NCBI GenBank assembly: GCA_046754465.1
Contig: JBHHVU010000002.1
Coordinates: forward strand, 1 to 64,000
Source of the DNA: Nitrospinaceae bacterium
Lineage (GTDB): Bacteria; Nitrospinota; Nitrospinia; Nitrospinales; VA-1
Reading direction: 5' to 3'
DNA length: 64,000 bases
Shown: positions 29,891 through 40,653 of the stretch, one piece after another
Numbering within the stretch: position 1 is the first letter of the stretch
Layout of the letters: each line of letters begins with the position of its first letter
Made by a program: the position numbers and the translations under genes
The notes under the pieces: model-generated
Seen by the model: the letters and a program-made list of their open reading frames with translations, nothing else
The model's database searches: none
Told to the model about the DNA's origin: nothing

Positions 29891-30412
29891 ATGGCGGAAG
29901 AGCAAGAGAATATTATAGAAGAACTTGAAGCCGAGGAAGCTCCTCCGGAAAAAAAATCGCCTCTCAAAATGATAATCATCCTGCTGGGCGGACTGATGGT
30001 GGCTGCGGGAGGCGGATACTATGCTTATATGAAGTATTTTCAAAACCCCGCGCCGGTGCAGGAACCAGCGGCCGCAGAAGAGGCCAAGAAGGAACCCGCG
30101 TCCCCCCAGTTGGGGGTCATGTTTCCTCTGGAACCGTTCATCGTGAACCTCGCGGGCACCCAGGGTAAACGGTTTTTAAAGGTCACCGTCTCTTTGGAAT
30201 TGAGCGCGCCGGAGGTTCACGCCGAACTCAAGGAAAATCTTCCCAAGATCACCGATTCCATTCTGGTCCTCTTGAGCAGCAAAACGTTTGATGACGTGTA
30301 TTCCATTCAGGGAAAATTCAAGTTGAAAGATGAGGTCACCACCCGGGTCAACCGGTTTTTGCTTGTGGGGCATGTCAAGGACGCCTATTTCACCGAATTC
30401 ATCATTCAATGA
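29891..30412 (+). CDS. fliL: Flagellar basal body-associated protein FliL
   Basis: Single TM, LEPFIVNL, YFTEFIIQ C-terminus. Confidence 0.92.
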   Translation: MAEEQENIIEELEAEEAPPEKKSPLKMIIILLGGLMVAAGGGYYAYMKYFQNPAPVQEPAAAEEAKKEPASPQLGVMFPLEPFIVNLAGTQGKRFLKVTVSLELSAPEVHAELKENLPKITDSILVLLSSKTFDDVYSIQGKFKLKDEVTTRVNRFLLVGHVKDAYFTEFIIQ

Positions 30413-30496
30413 TGGAGATAGCTATTGTATGTCAATGACTTTTTCTAAACATGGTTTGATCAGTACGGGCCGGACAATAAGGAGAGACGGAAAACC

Positions 30497-31471
30497 ATGA
30501 GCGAAGTCTTGTCGCAGAATGAAGTCGATGCTTTATTGAGAGGTGTCAGTGAAGGGGAAGTAGAGACGGAAACGGACCAGCCGGAAGAAGTTTCCGATGT
30601 CGTCCCCTTTGACCTCACCAGTCAGGAAAAAATCATCCGGGGGCGCTTGCCGACCCTGGATATTATCAATCAGATGTTTTCCCGCCTGTTCCGGTCCACC
30701 TTTTCCACCCTGATGAGGAAGTCGGCGGACGTGAGTGTCGTCTCCACCGAAACCTTGAAATTTGGAGAATTTTTGCGCTCCCTTCCCGTACCCTCCAGTC
30801 TTCACATCTTCCGCATGGAGCCCTTTAGAGGCCACGGTTTGATGGTCGTCGAGAGCAAGCTGGTTTTCTCGGTGGTGGATAACTTCTTTGGAGGAAGCGG
30901 GACCACCGAAGCCAAGATCACTGGCCGGGATTTCAGCACCATTGAAATCCGGATGATAAAAAATGTAGTCCTGAGCGCCATGGAGGATCTGGAAAAGGCC
31001 TGGAAACCGGTTCATTTGGTGACCACCACCTATGTCCGATCCGAGGTGAACCCTCAATTTGCCGCCATCGTTCCGCCCACCGACGTGGTTTTGGTTTTAA
31101 CCTTTGATATTGAATTGGAAACCATCTCCGGAACGTTTACGATCTGTTTGCCCTATGCCGCAATCGAACCGGTTCTTCCCAAGCTCAAAGCCCAGTTTCA
31201 GAGTGAGGAAATGGAAGTCGACCAGGTTTGGGCGCACAGGTTGAAGACGGAGTTGCTATGCACGGAAGTGGAAGCGGTGGCCGAACTGGGCACCACCCAA
31301 ATCACGCCCGGCCAACTGCTTAAATGGAAGGTCGGCGATACCATCACTCTGGGACGGGATGTGACCGACCCGCTGATTTTGAAAATTGAAGGGGTTCCGA
31401 AATTCAAGGGATTTCCGGGTGTCTCCCGGGGAAACAAGGCCATTCAAATTGAAAATCCGTTCGATCAATGA
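30497..31471 (+). CDS. fliM: Flagellar motor switch protein FliM
   Basis: LSQNEVDALL CheY-binding peptide; SEVNPQFAAI; SpoA domain. Confidence 0.95.
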   Translation: MSEVLSQNEVDALLRGVSEGEVETETDQPEEVSDVVPFDLTSQEKIIRGRLPTLDIINQMFSRLFRSTFSTLMRKSADVSVVSTETLKFGEFLRSLPVPSSLHIFRMEPFRGHGLMVVESKLVFSVVDNFFGGSGTTEAKITGRDFSTIEIRMIKNVVLSAMEDLEKAWKPVHLVTTTYVRSEVNPQFAAIVPPTDVVLVLTFDIELETISGTFTICLPYAAIEPVLPKLKAQFQSEEMEVDQVWAHRLKTELLCTEVEAVAELGTTQITPGQLLKWKVGDTITLGRDVTDPLILKIEGVPKFKGFPGVSRGNKAIQIENPFDQ

Positions 31472-31481
31472 TTAGGGAGGG

Positions 31482-31880
31482 GTGAACCCGATGGAAAACG
31501 AGCCGGGAAAGGATCAACTGGATTCCCTGGAAAATACCGGCGAAACCGATCAGGCGGCCGCCGAAGGTACCGCCGAGGAGGAAGCCCAGGCCGAAGGTGC
31601 GCCGGAACAAGGGGGGGGAAACCAAAGCCTTGACCTGATTCTGGATATCCCCCTCACGGTAACCGTGGAATTGGGTCGATCAAAAATGTTGATCAACGAT
31701 CTCCTTCAGTTGGGCCAGGGGTCGGTGATCGAATTGACCAAACTGGTCGGGGAACCGCTGGAAGTTTTGGTCAACAAGAAATTGGTGGCCCGTGGCGAAG
31801 TTGTGGTCGTCAACGAGAAATTTGGCATCCGGTTGACCGATATTGTTTCACCCCTGGAAAGAGTTCAGTCCCTGGGTTGA
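31482..31880 (+). CDS. fliN: Flagellar motor switch protein FliN
   Basis: LDIPLTVTVELG...GEVVVVNEKFGIR; alternative start ATG 31491. Confidence 0.95.
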   Translation: MNPMENEPGKDQLDSLENTGETDQAAAEGTAEEEAQAEGAPEQGGGNQSLDLILDIPLTVTVELGRSKMLINDLLQLGQGSVIELTKLVGEPLEVLVNKKLVARGEVVVVNEKFGIRLTDIVSPLERVQSLG

Positions 31881-32223
31881 TGAAATTTTCGTTTTATTTT
31901 GCATCCTGAATCGCTGCTCACCCCGGTCCGTTCGGGGGGTGCTCCAGCGGCCGCGGATTTATCCCCTTCCGTCTTTTTCGATTCCCTATCCCATAGTTAA
32001 CCTCAGTCGCTGGCCCGTTCTCCAGAATTGCGGTCCCGTCCGTTTATTCGGTCTGGAAAATGGCGTCAGAAAACCCGACGGCTCTGTTGTGTCCCCGTTT
32101 CTGTCCATGAAACGGATTTTCATGTCGGATTTCATTCTGTCCCAAGTGGAAAAAAGCTGATTTTTCAAAATAAATTTTCAAAAATTTTCCTCTTCGCCGC
32201 TCCCCGCGAATTCCCCGCCAATA

Positions 32224-32239
32224 CGGTATAAGCCTTGCA
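32224..32239 (+). promoter_or_regulatory. Possible second sigma54 promoter upstream of fliO
   Basis: CGGTAT-AAGCC-TTGCA keeps the GG-N10-GC spacing. Confidence 0.5.
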
Positions 32240-32312
32240 TTTAAACTATTTAAGATAATTGTGGTGTTTTTTTTGACACACCCCATGTCATATACCTTGC
32301 GGGAATCCGAAT

Positions 32313-33491
32313 ATGGTCACATCAACCCGGTTGAAAATATTAGCTTTGGTTTTGTTCCTGCTGGTGTGTTTTCCGGGGGAGCCGCAGGCGCGCCTTTCTG
32401 GCGCCAATTTTTTGAAGGATGTTTTTTCGGAGGTGGGTGCAAATAGCTTAACCATTCATCTTGAATTTGCCCGGCCCGGTCCAGGCCACACGGCTCCGGT
32501 TTTCAGTAAAAATTCCGTTCAGATCGATTTCCCCCATACCGCCGTTCAACCCGCGAAACGTTATTTTTATACCGGGGATTCTTGGATCCCGCAGGTCTTT
32601 GTTTCGCAGTACAACCGGGATACTGTGCGGGTGCAATTTATCCTCGGTCAAAAGCTTCCCCATCTGAGCGAACATTTTCACCTCGGCAAACAGGGGCGGT
32701 TCCTGGAGATTCGGGTGAATAAGGGAGAAGCGGATGATTTGGGACAACTTCTGGCCCGGGCCGCTGAAAATCTCCAGCAAGATGAAAATTCCGAATCGGG
32801 TCCAATAGAAGCGGACCCTAAATCGGAAAAGAGGGTGAACGTGAAAGACCCCCTGTCAGCCGGCGGGAACCCGATCGTTGCAGAAACCCTCACCGATCCG
32901 GCGCCCCAACCCAAACCCTTGCTGGGCGCCAGGGTATCCACGGTCCCGCCCGCGGGTTTGGAACCACCTTCCCGGACCGGTTCCGGCAAACCTCTGGATC
33001 CTCTGCCCACGACCATGAAAATGCTCACCGGGTTTTCCCTGGTGTTGGGGTTGATGCTCCTGCTCTTTTACCTGTTTAAGAAATTTGTGCTGAAAAATAC
33101 CGTTTTCGGGGGCAGCGATAAACTCGTTCGCGTTTTGGGCACGGGGTTTCTGGGTCCCAAGAAAAACATCGTCCTGGTGGAAGTGGCCGGAGAAGTCCTG
33201 GTGCTGGGCATTGCCAACGACAATATTTCTCTTCTTGCCAATATCCGCGAAAAAGAAAAAATCGAAAAAATCATGAGCGCCCGGAGGGAAGGCGGGAACG
33301 GGACCTGGTGGAATTCCCAGCGCAAGCACGGTGAATCACCGAAATCCCCCACCCCCCCTTCATCCCAACCCCGTGAAACCTTCATCAATGTGCTCAGGAA
33401 AATCACACTGCCCCCGCAGCCAAAAGAAAAGTCGGTAAAACATGTGACCCGCCAGATCCGGCGCAACCTTGGTAACCTGAGAACCCTATGA
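32313..33491 (+). CDS. fliO: FliO with large N-terminal periplasmic (AMIN-like) domain
   Basis: Signal peptide, beta-rich N-domain, TM, then LGPKKNIVLVEVAGEVLVLGI FliO motif; directly before fliP. Confidence 0.8.
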   Translation: MVTSTRLKILALVLFLLVCFPGEPQARLSGANFLKDVFSEVGANSLTIHLEFARPGPGHTAPVFSKNSVQIDFPHTAVQPAKRYFYTGDSWIPQVFVSQYNRDTVRVQFILGQKLPHLSEHFHLGKQGRFLEIRVNKGEADDLGQLLARAAENLQQDENSESGPIEADPKSEKRVNVKDPLSAGGNPIVAETLTDPAPQPKPLLGARVSTVPPAGLEPPSRTGSGKPLDPLPTTMKMLTGFSLVLGLMLLLFYLFKKFVLKNTVFGGSDKLVRVLGTGFLGPKKNIVLVEVAGEVLVLGIANDNISLLANIREKEKIEKIMSARREGGNGTWWNSQRKHGESPKSPTPPSSQPRETFINVLRKITLPPQPKEKSVKHVTRQIRRNLGNLRTL

Positions 33492-34252
33492 AAACCCGAA
33501 AAACATGGATGCTCCTTATGCTGGGGTTGATCCTGGGTTTCACACTTGCGGGATTCATCGCCGACGCCTGGGCGATTCCGTTCCCCAACATTCAGGTGGG
33601 AATCGAGGATGTGGACGAACCCGAGAAAATATCCAGCGCCCTTCAGATTCTCATCCTTCTTACGGTCCTTGCGCTGGCCCCGTCTATCCTGATCATGATG
33701 ACCTCATTTTCCCGGATCATTATTGTTCTTTCCTTTCTCCGCCAGGCCATGGGAACGCAACAGACGCCGCCAACGCAGGTGTTGATCGGATTGGGGCTTT
33801 TCCTGACCTTGTTTGTCATGAGTCCGATCTGGACGGAAATCAATCAAAGCGCTCTGCAACCCTTCCTGGCCGAGGAAATTTCGCAAACCGATGCCTTGAA
33901 ACAGGCGGAGATTCCTCTCAAAGAGTTCATGATTCGGCAGACCCGGGAAAAAGACTTGTCCCTGTTTGTTAATTTGGGAAATGGAAAGAGGCCGGCCTCG
34001 CCCCAGGAGGTCAGTATGAGCACCCTCATTCCCGCTTTTATCATCAGCGAGTTGAAAACCGCTTTTCAGATCGGATTCCTCATCTATATCCCATTCCTGA
34101 TTCTCGACATGGTCGTGGCCAGCATCCTGCTATCCATGGGAATGATGATGCTGCCCCCGGTATTGATCTCCCTGCCGTTCAAGCTCATGTTGTTCGTGAT
34201 GGTGGATGGCTGGTATTTGACCGTGGGGTCCTTGATGAAAAGTTTCGGTTAA
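33488..34252 (+). CDS. fliP: Flagellar export gate FliP
   Basis: TSFSRIIIVL, TQQTPP, PAFIISELKTAF, LPFKLMLFV. Confidence 0.96.
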   Translation: MKTRKTWMLLMLGLILGFTLAGFIADAWAIPFPNIQVGIEDVDEPEKISSALQILILLTVLALAPSILIMMTSFSRIIIVLSFLRQAMGTQQTPPTQVLIGLGLFLTLFVMSPIWTEINQSALQPFLAEEISQTDALKQAEIPLKEFMIRQTREKDLSLFVNLGNGKRPASPQEVSMSTLIPAFIISELKTAFQIGFLIYIPFLILDMVVASILLSMGMMMLPPVLISLPFKLMLFVMVDGWYLTVGSLMKSFG

Positions 34253-34264
34253 AGGGAGGAAGAG

Positions 34265-34534
34265 ATGACCCAGGCCTTTATCATAGATTTTGCGATGGAC
34301 AGCATGAAAACCACACTGTTGCTGTCTGCCCCCATGCTTGGGTTTGGGTTGGTGACGGGTCTTTTGGTTTCAATTTTTCAAGCCGTGACCTCCATTCAGG
34401 AGTTGACGTTAACGTTCATACCCAAGATCCTGGCGGTATTTCTGGCGCTGGTCCTGTTTTTCCCGTGGTTGTTGCAGATCATGATCAGCTTTACCTCCAG
34501 GGTTCTGATTCATTTTCCGGAATACATCCAGTAA
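34265..34534 (+). CDS. fliQ: Flagellar export gate FliQ
   Basis: FQAVTSIQELTLTFIPK. Confidence 0.95.
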   Translation: MTQAFIIDFAMDSMKTTLLLSAPMLGFGLVTGLLVSIFQAVTSIQELTLTFIPKILAVFLALVLFFPWLLQIMISFTSRVLIHFPEYIQ

Positions 34535-35311
34535 ATGAATATTTTGAATCTGAATCTGGCGGATTTTGAAACCTTTCTTTTCGTGTTTTCCCGGGTGGGG
34601 GCGATCATCATGTTCGCTCCCATCCTGGGGAGCACGCAAGTTCCGGCCCGCCTGAAAATTGGCCTGGTTCTGGTATTCAGCATCCTGATTTATCCCATGG
34701 TGCGCGCCCAGCCGCTGCCCCATCCTAAAGGATTGTTTGAGCTCGCGGTTTTTATTTCCAGCGATGTGATCATTGGCCTGGCCATCGCCTTCACTATTCG
34801 GCTCTTGTTTACGGCGGTGCAAGTGGCGGGAACGGTCGTGGATTTTCAAATGGGATTCGGCGTCGTGAACGTCATCGATCCCCAGACACAAACCCAGGTT
34901 TCCATCACCGCCCAGTTTCAGAATATTCTTGCGGTGCTGATTTTTCTGGCGACCGACGCACACCATGTATTGATCCGCGCCGTGGTCGAGAGTTTCCAAC
35001 TGATCAATCCCAATCAACTGGACTTTTCCAATGTGACGCCGGAATTTATTCTCAGGATCTTCTCCGGCATGTTCGTGACCGCGGTCAAGATCGCCGCTCC
35101 GATCATGGCCATCCTGTTTTTCCTGAGCGTGGGGCTGGGTCTGGTGGCCAGAACCGTTCCCCAGATGAATGTGTTCATCGTCGGGTTTCCCCTTCAGATC
35201 GGCGTGGGATTGGTCATGATCGCCCTGTCCCTGCCGTTTTTTGCCATCATTATACAAAGTCGGATCGCGGATTTACCCGCCCGGCTGATCGGTTTGATGC
35301 AAACCTTTTAA
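34535..35311 (+). CDS. fliR: Flagellar export gate FliR
   Basis: DFQMGFG and RTVPQMNVF motifs; synteny. Confidence 0.95.
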   Translation: MNILNLNLADFETFLFVFSRVGAIIMFAPILGSTQVPARLKIGLVLVFSILIYPMVRAQPLPHPKGLFELAVFISSDVIIGLAIAFTIRLLFTAVQVAGTVVDFQMGFGVVNVIDPQTQTQVSITAQFQNILAVLIFLATDAHHVLIRAVVESFQLINPNQLDFSNVTPEFILRIFSGMFVTAVKIAAPIMAILFFLSVGLGLVARTVPQMNVFIVGFPLQIGVGLVMIALSLPFFAIIIQSRIADLPARLIGLMQTF

Positions 35312-35360
35312 CGAAACCGGGTTCCCCTCGCCGAAGGGGTAACCGCGGGCGATTTCACTC

Positions 35361-36434
35361 ATGGCGGAAGAAAACAAAGACCAGAAAACAGAAGAGGCGA
35401 CCGCCAAGCGCATCACGGATGCGGAGGAAAAAGGGAACTTCGCGCATAGCCGGGAATTGACCTCCTCCTTCATTCTTTTGGCGGCGATCTTCGCCTTTAT
35501 AATGGTCGGACAGCAAGGGCCTCTCAAGATGATGGCGGCCTGGAGAGCCATCATCAGCGAATCCTATGCGCTGCGATTGACCCCCGAGGAACTCTACAAG
35601 GTGTTTCTTCTGGTGATAAAAAGCACACTGATGATCATGGGACCCATCCTTCTCACCATCATGGCGGGCGGAATCTTGGCCAACCTTATCCAAACGCGGG
35701 GATTCAAATTTTCCACCCAGCCCTTGACCCCAAAGTTTAATAAACTCAATCCCATTAAAGGATTCAGCCGGATTTTTTCTAAAAATTCCGCGATGGAACT
35801 TTTCAAGTCCCTTTTCAAAATTGCCCTGGTTTCCCTGATCGCTTACCAGACCATCAAGGGAAAATGGGATCTGATTCCGCCGCTCATGGGTTTTGGAGTG
35901 GGGCAGATTTTGTTCTTCATGGGAAAAGTGGCGCTGGAGATCATGTTCAAGGTCCTGCTCGTCATGATTTTCCTGGCCATTGTGGATTATGCGTTTCAAA
36001 GGTACACGTACCTGGAAAATCTGCGTATGACCAAACAGGAAGTCAAGGATGAAAGGAAGGAAACCGAGGGCAATCCCCAAATCAAGCAGAGGATTCGCAC
36101 GGTTCAAACCGAAATGGCCCGCCGCAGGATGATGACGGCGGTTCCCGAAGCCGATGTGGTGGTGACGAACCCCACCGAAATCGCCGTGGCGATCAAATAC
36201 GATGTGGATAAATACACCGCGCCTATCGTGGTCGCCAAGGGGATGGGACCCATCGCCAAAAAAATCCGTTCCATCGCCGAGCAACACGATGTCCCGGTGG
36301 TGGAAAATAAACCGCTGGCCCGGGTCCTGCACAAGACCGTGGAAATCGGACAACTGATTCCGGCCAGCCTTTATAAGGCGGTCGCCGAAATTCTTGCATA
36401 CGTTTACCGCCTGAAAGGCAAAAATTCCGTTTGA
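35361..36434 (+). CDS. flhB: Flagellar export switch FlhB
   Basis: KTEEAT, EGNPQIK and the NPT autocleavage site (here NPTE). Confidence 0.95.
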   Translation: MAEENKDQKTEEATAKRITDAEEKGNFAHSRELTSSFILLAAIFAFIMVGQQGPLKMMAAWRAIISESYALRLTPEELYKVFLLVIKSTLMIMGPILLTIMAGGILANLIQTRGFKFSTQPLTPKFNKLNPIKGFSRIFSKNSAMELFKSLFKIALVSLIAYQTIKGKWDLIPPLMGFGVGQILFFMGKVALEIMFKVLLVMIFLAIVDYAFQRYTYLENLRMTKQEVKDERKETEGNPQIKQRIRTVQTEMARRRMMTAVPEADVVVTNPTEIAVAIKYDVDKYTAPIVVAKGMGPIAKKIRSIAEQHDVPVVENKPLARVLHKTVEIGQLIPASLYKAVAEILAYVYRLKGKNSV

Positions 36435-36596
36435 CCCAGGAAAAAAGAATGATTGGCAAAACGGAATCCAGGAGAGGCGGTGCCGGTCACCCGAGATAGA
36501 AATCAATGAAACGAAGCCAACAGGGATCATCTATGCCATCGAATAACCCGGTATTTCCCCGCGGGAAATATACCGTTTCAGGAGGATAATGCATTC

Positions 36597-38684
36597 ATGG
36601 GCCAGGCCCTCACGCTCAAGACGTTGACCGAAAGACCCCAGGAATTTGCTGTCGCCGTCGGGGTGATCATCATCCTGACGGTCATGGTCATGCCCATTCC
36701 CCCCTTCGCGCTGGATATTTTTCTTTCGTTCAGCCTGACCTTTTCCATCATCATTTTACTGGTGTCCATCTTCATGTTGGGCCCGTTGGAATTTTCGGTA
36801 TTTCCTTCCTTGCTGCTGATCGTTACCCTGTTGCGCCTGTCTCTCAATGTGGCCTCGACCCGAATCATCCTGTTGCACGGCAACGAGGGCACGGATGCGG
36901 CGGGCCAGGTGATCCAGTCTTTTGGTGCCTTTGTGGTGGGTGGAAATTACGTGGTGGGCTCGGTGATCTTCATTATTCTGGTCATGATAAATTTCATCGT
37001 CATCACCAAGGGTTCGGTACGGACCTCCGAAGTCGCGGCCCGGTTCACCCTGGACGCAATCCCCGGTAAACAAATGAGTATCGACGCGGACCTCAATGCG
37101 GGAATCATCACAGAACAGGAGGCCAGAGCCCGCCGGCAGACCCTGGAACGTGAGGCGGATTTCTATGGGGCGATGGACGGCGCCATCCGGTTTGTCCGCG
37201 GCGATGCCATCGCGGGAATCCTGATCACCCTCATCAATATCCTTGGCGGATTCAGCATTGGGGTGCTTCAGCAATCCATGGAGGTCTCCGAGGCGGCCCA
37301 GGTGTATACGTTGCTGACCATCGGGGACGGACTTGTTTCCCAATTGCCCGCCCTGGTGGTGTCCACCGCCGCCGGACTCGTGGTGACCCGCGCGGTGTCC
37401 GAAAAGAATCTTCCCTCCCAGCTTATGGGACAGTTGCTGAACCAGCCTTACGCGTTCGTGATCGCGGCCGTGGCCCTGTTTTTCTTCGGACTGATTCCCG
37501 GCCTGCCGCATTTCCCGTTTTTCTTCCTGGGAATCGCTGCCGGGGCCGTCGCCTATTTCCGGCTCGGTGAAATCCAACAAAAAGAAATGCAGGAAATCAA
37601 GAAAAAGGAAGATGACGCCAAAGCCCCTGTTCCCGAGCGGGTCGAATCGATCCTGCCCCTCGACATCATGGAACTGGAGGTGGGTTACGAACTGATTCCC
37701 CTCGTGGACGCGGACCGCAATGGCGAACTGCTGGAACGGATCAAGTCCATTCGCCGGCAGTTCGCCCTCGAATTGGGCTTTATCGTGCCGCCGCTCCACA
37801 TCCGTGACAACTTGCAATTGAAATCCAGTGAATACGCGATTGTCATCAAGGGGGTGGAAGTGGCGCGCGGGGCGATCATGATGGGACGCCTCCTGGCCAT
37901 GAATCCGGGAACCACGGAAAAGGAAATCGAGGGCATTCGAACCCAGGAACCCACCTTTGGGTTGCCGGCGGTATGGATCCCCAACAGCGCCAAACAGGAA
38001 GCCCAAATAGCCGGATACACCGTGGTGGATCCCGCGACGGTGATCACCACCCATATCAAGGAAACGATCAAGCGGCATGCGCATGAACTGCTGGGACGCC
38101 AGGAAGTCCAGGCCCTCCTGGATAAATTCAAGGAATCCAATCCCAAGGTCGTGGAAGAACTGATCCCCAATCTCCTGACACTGGGCAAGGTGCAGAAGGT
38201 TCTGCAAAACCTGCTCAAGGAACAAATATCCATCCGCGATCTCCGCACCATTCTGGAGCAGTTGGCCGATTACGCCTCTACGGTTCAGGACCCGGATGTG
38301 TTGACCGAGTATGTCCGGCAGGCGTTGGCCCGGCCGATCACCAAGCAGTACCAGGCTTCGGATGGCACGTTATCGGTTCTGACCCTCGACCGGGGGATCG
38401 AAGATGTGATCGAGGGTTCCATCCAGAAAACGGAAACGGCCTCCTTCCTGGCCCTGGAACCGAATATCGCCGAAAGACTGTTGGGCCGCCTGAAGGAAAT
38501 AATGGAATCCGTCGCGCCCAAGCTGGAAACTTCCCCCGTCCTCCTGGTGTCCCCGGCGATCCGGCTGCACCTTCGCCGGTTTACTGAAAGGTTTCTCCCG
38601 GACCTTGTGGTACTGTCTCATAGCGAGGTGGTCCCCACAGTACAGATCAAAACGTTGAACGTGGTGAACCTGAATGCGAATTAA
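36597..38684 (+). CDS. flhA: Flagellar export protein FlhA
   Basis: EVAARFTLDAIPGKQMSIDADL, FYGAMDGA, IGDGLV. Confidence 0.96.
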   Translation: MGQALTLKTLTERPQEFAVAVGVIIILTVMVMPIPPFALDIFLSFSLTFSIIILLVSIFMLGPLEFSVFPSLLLIVTLLRLSLNVASTRIILLHGNEGTDAAGQVIQSFGAFVVGGNYVVGSVIFIILVMINFIVITKGSVRTSEVAARFTLDAIPGKQMSIDADLNAGIITEQEARARRQTLEREADFYGAMDGAIRFVRGDAIAGILITLINILGGFSIGVLQQSMEVSEAAQVYTLLTIGDGLVSQLPALVVSTAAGLVVTRAVSEKNLPSQLMGQLLNQPYAFVIAAVALFFFGLIPGLPHFPFFFLGIAAGAVAYFRLGEIQQKEMQEIKKKEDDAKAPVPERVESILPLDIMELEVGYELIPLVDADRNGELLERIKSIRRQFALELGFIVPPLHIRDNLQLKSSEYAIVIKGVEVARGAIMMGRLLAMNPGTTEKEIEGIRTQEPTFGLPAVWIPNSAKQEAQIAGYTVVDPATVITTHIKETIKRHAHELLGRQEVQALLDKFKESNPKVVEELIPNLLTLGKVQKVLQNLLKEQISIRDLRTILEQLADYASTVQDPDVLTEYVRQALARPITKQYQASDGTLSVLTLDRGIEDVIEGSIQKTETASFLALEPNIAERLLGRLKEIMESVAPKLETSPVLLVSPAIRLHLRRFTERFLPDLVVLSHSEVVPTVQIKTLNVVNLNAN

Positions 38685-39759
38685 GAAATACATCGCTCCC
38701 AATTATCCCGACGCCCTGGCCGAGGTCAAAAAACAACTTGGAGACGACGCCCTGATCCTGAACACCCGCACCCTCAGGCAGGATACGGGATTGGGGGAGA
38801 AGGGCCCCCCCTTCGCCGTGGAGATCACCGCCGCGGTGGAATACCCCTCCGGGGAAGCCGAAACATTGCTTGGGGAACCCTCCCGGAAAGGGGCCGATCC
38901 TTTTCCGGAAAGGGAGAAGGATTACGAATTGAAGTCCCTCATCCTGACCCTGCTGAGCCAGACCCAGCGGGCCCGGTCGCTGGGGTTGAAGACCCATCAG
39001 TATGATATCTATACCCGAATGGTGAACAGCGGATTGAACGAACGGCTGGCCTCCAGAATTATTGAAAGAGCCTGTCCGGAAAATGACGGCCGGGAAGCCT
39101 CCCCGGATCAACGCAGGATCGTTGACCTCATGAAACGGGTCCTGATTTGCAAAGGCGGGATCGACCTGGTGGAGAACAGGCAGAAAAGAGTGGCGTTCAT
39201 CGGGCCCACCGGGGCCGGAAAAACCACGACGATCGCCAAGCTGGCGGCAGATTTTGCCTTGAGGCAGCAAAAGAAAGTGGCCATGATTTCGCTCGATACC
39301 TACCGGATGGGAGCGATCGATCAACTGCGGATCTACGGGGACATCATGCGGGTGCCCGTTGAATCGGCTTCCAACCGGAAAGAACTCAGGGAAATCGTAC
39401 GCCGGCACGCGGATAAAGACCTCATTCTCATCGATACGACCGGCCGCTGCCACAAGGATAAAGCCTATTCGGGCCAATTAAAGGTGATGTTCGGGGACCT
39501 GGGCAATTACGAAACGCAGTTGGTGTTGAGCGTCACCGCTCAGGAAAAAATATTCGAGGAATCTTTCAAACAGTTCAAACCCCTGGGTATCGACCGGGTG
39601 TTGTTCACCAAATTGGATGAAGGCGTCTGTTTTGGTTCCCTGTTCAACTTTTCCCTGCGCACCCGGATTCCGTTTTCTTATTTCACCATGGGACAAAGGG
39701 TTCCGGAAGACCTGGAGGTGGCTGAATCGGGAAAAGTAATAAGATTGATTTTTAACTGA
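38674..39759 (+). CDS. flhF: SRP-type GTPase FlhF
   Basis: GPTGAGKTTT, DTYR, DTTG, TKLDE, GQRVPED. Confidence 0.92.
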   Translation: MRIKKYIAPNYPDALAEVKKQLGDDALILNTRTLRQDTGLGEKGPPFAVEITAAVEYPSGEAETLLGEPSRKGADPFPEREKDYELKSLILTLLSQTQRARSLGLKTHQYDIYTRMVNSGLNERLASRIIERACPENDGREASPDQRRIVDLMKRVLICKGGIDLVENRQKRVAFIGPTGAGKTTTIAKLAADFALRQQKKVAMISLDTYRMGAIDQLRIYGDIMRVPVESASNRKELREIVRRHADKDLILIDTTGRCHKDKAYSGQLKVMFGDLGNYETQLVLSVTAQEKIFEESFKQFKPLGIDRVLFTKLDEGVCFGSLFNFSLRTRIPFSYFTMGQRVPEDLEVAESGKVIRLIFN

Positions 39760-39780
39760 AATCAAGATAAATTATGGGCG

Positions 39781-40653
39781 GTGAAATTGCGATCTCGTGA
39801 CCAGGCGGAAACTCTAAAACGATTAGTTAATGAACAAATGAAAAATTCGGCCCTCAGGGTGCTGGCCGTGGGCAGCGGTAAGGGAGGTGTGGGTAAAACC
39901 AACATTGTCGCCAATCTGGCTTATGCCCTCTCCAAAAGAGGTAAAAAGGTATTGGTGGTCGATGCCGATCTGGGGCTGAATAATATCGACATTCTATTGG
40001 GGCTGACGCCCCGGTTTCATATCGGGCATGTTTTGTCGGGTGAAAAAAATGTCGAGGATATCATCGTTCAGGGTCCGGCGGACATCCGCGTCCTCCCCGC
40101 CGGCGATGGCCTGCAGGAACTGACCCAGCTCGAAAATGAAAAGAAAATGATTCTGATGGATGAACTCGACCGGGTCAGCCGTGAATACGATTACCTCATC
40201 TTCGATACCGGCGCCGGAATCTCCACCAACGTCACTTATTTTTGCAGCGCCGCCCATGAAATCATCCTGGTCGCCACCACCGAACCGACCTCCCTGACGG
40301 ACGTTTATGCCCTGATCAAGGTGTTGCACCTGAAACACGCGCAAAAACATTTTCGTCTGATCATAAACGTGGTGGATTCGGAAAGGGAGGCGCAGGCCGT
40401 TTTCCGGAAACTGGCCGCGGTGACGGACAAGTTTTTGCAGGAGATTTCCGTCGAGTATCTGGGATTCATCCTTTCCGATCCTAACGTCCCCAAGGCCGTG
40501 CGGCGGCAAAAAGCTTTTATGGAATTGTATCCCTATTCCCGTGTGAGCCAATGTGTCAATGTCTTGTCCGATAAAATCGTCAAGGAAACGCGGCTGGATA
40601 CGGGTGCGGGGGATCCCCCGTTTTTCTGGAAGAGCGCCTTTCAGATTCAATGA
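39781..40653 (+). CDS. flhG: MinD-like ATPase FlhG/FleN
   Basis: DQA motif, SGKGGVGKT, DTGAG; follows flhF. Confidence 0.92.
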   Translation: MKLRSRDQAETLKRLVNEQMKNSALRVLAVGSGKGGVGKTNIVANLAYALSKRGKKVLVVDADLGLNNIDILLGLTPRFHIGHVLSGEKNVEDIIVQGPADIRVLPAGDGLQELTQLENEKKMILMDELDRVSREYDYLIFDTGAGISTNVTYFCSAAHEIILVATTEPTSLTDVYALIKVLHLKHAQKHFRLIINVVDSEREAQAVFRKLAAVTDKFLQEISVEYLGFILSDPNVPKAVRRQKAFMELYPYSRVSQCVNVLSDKIVKETRLDTGAGDPPFFWKSAFQIQ

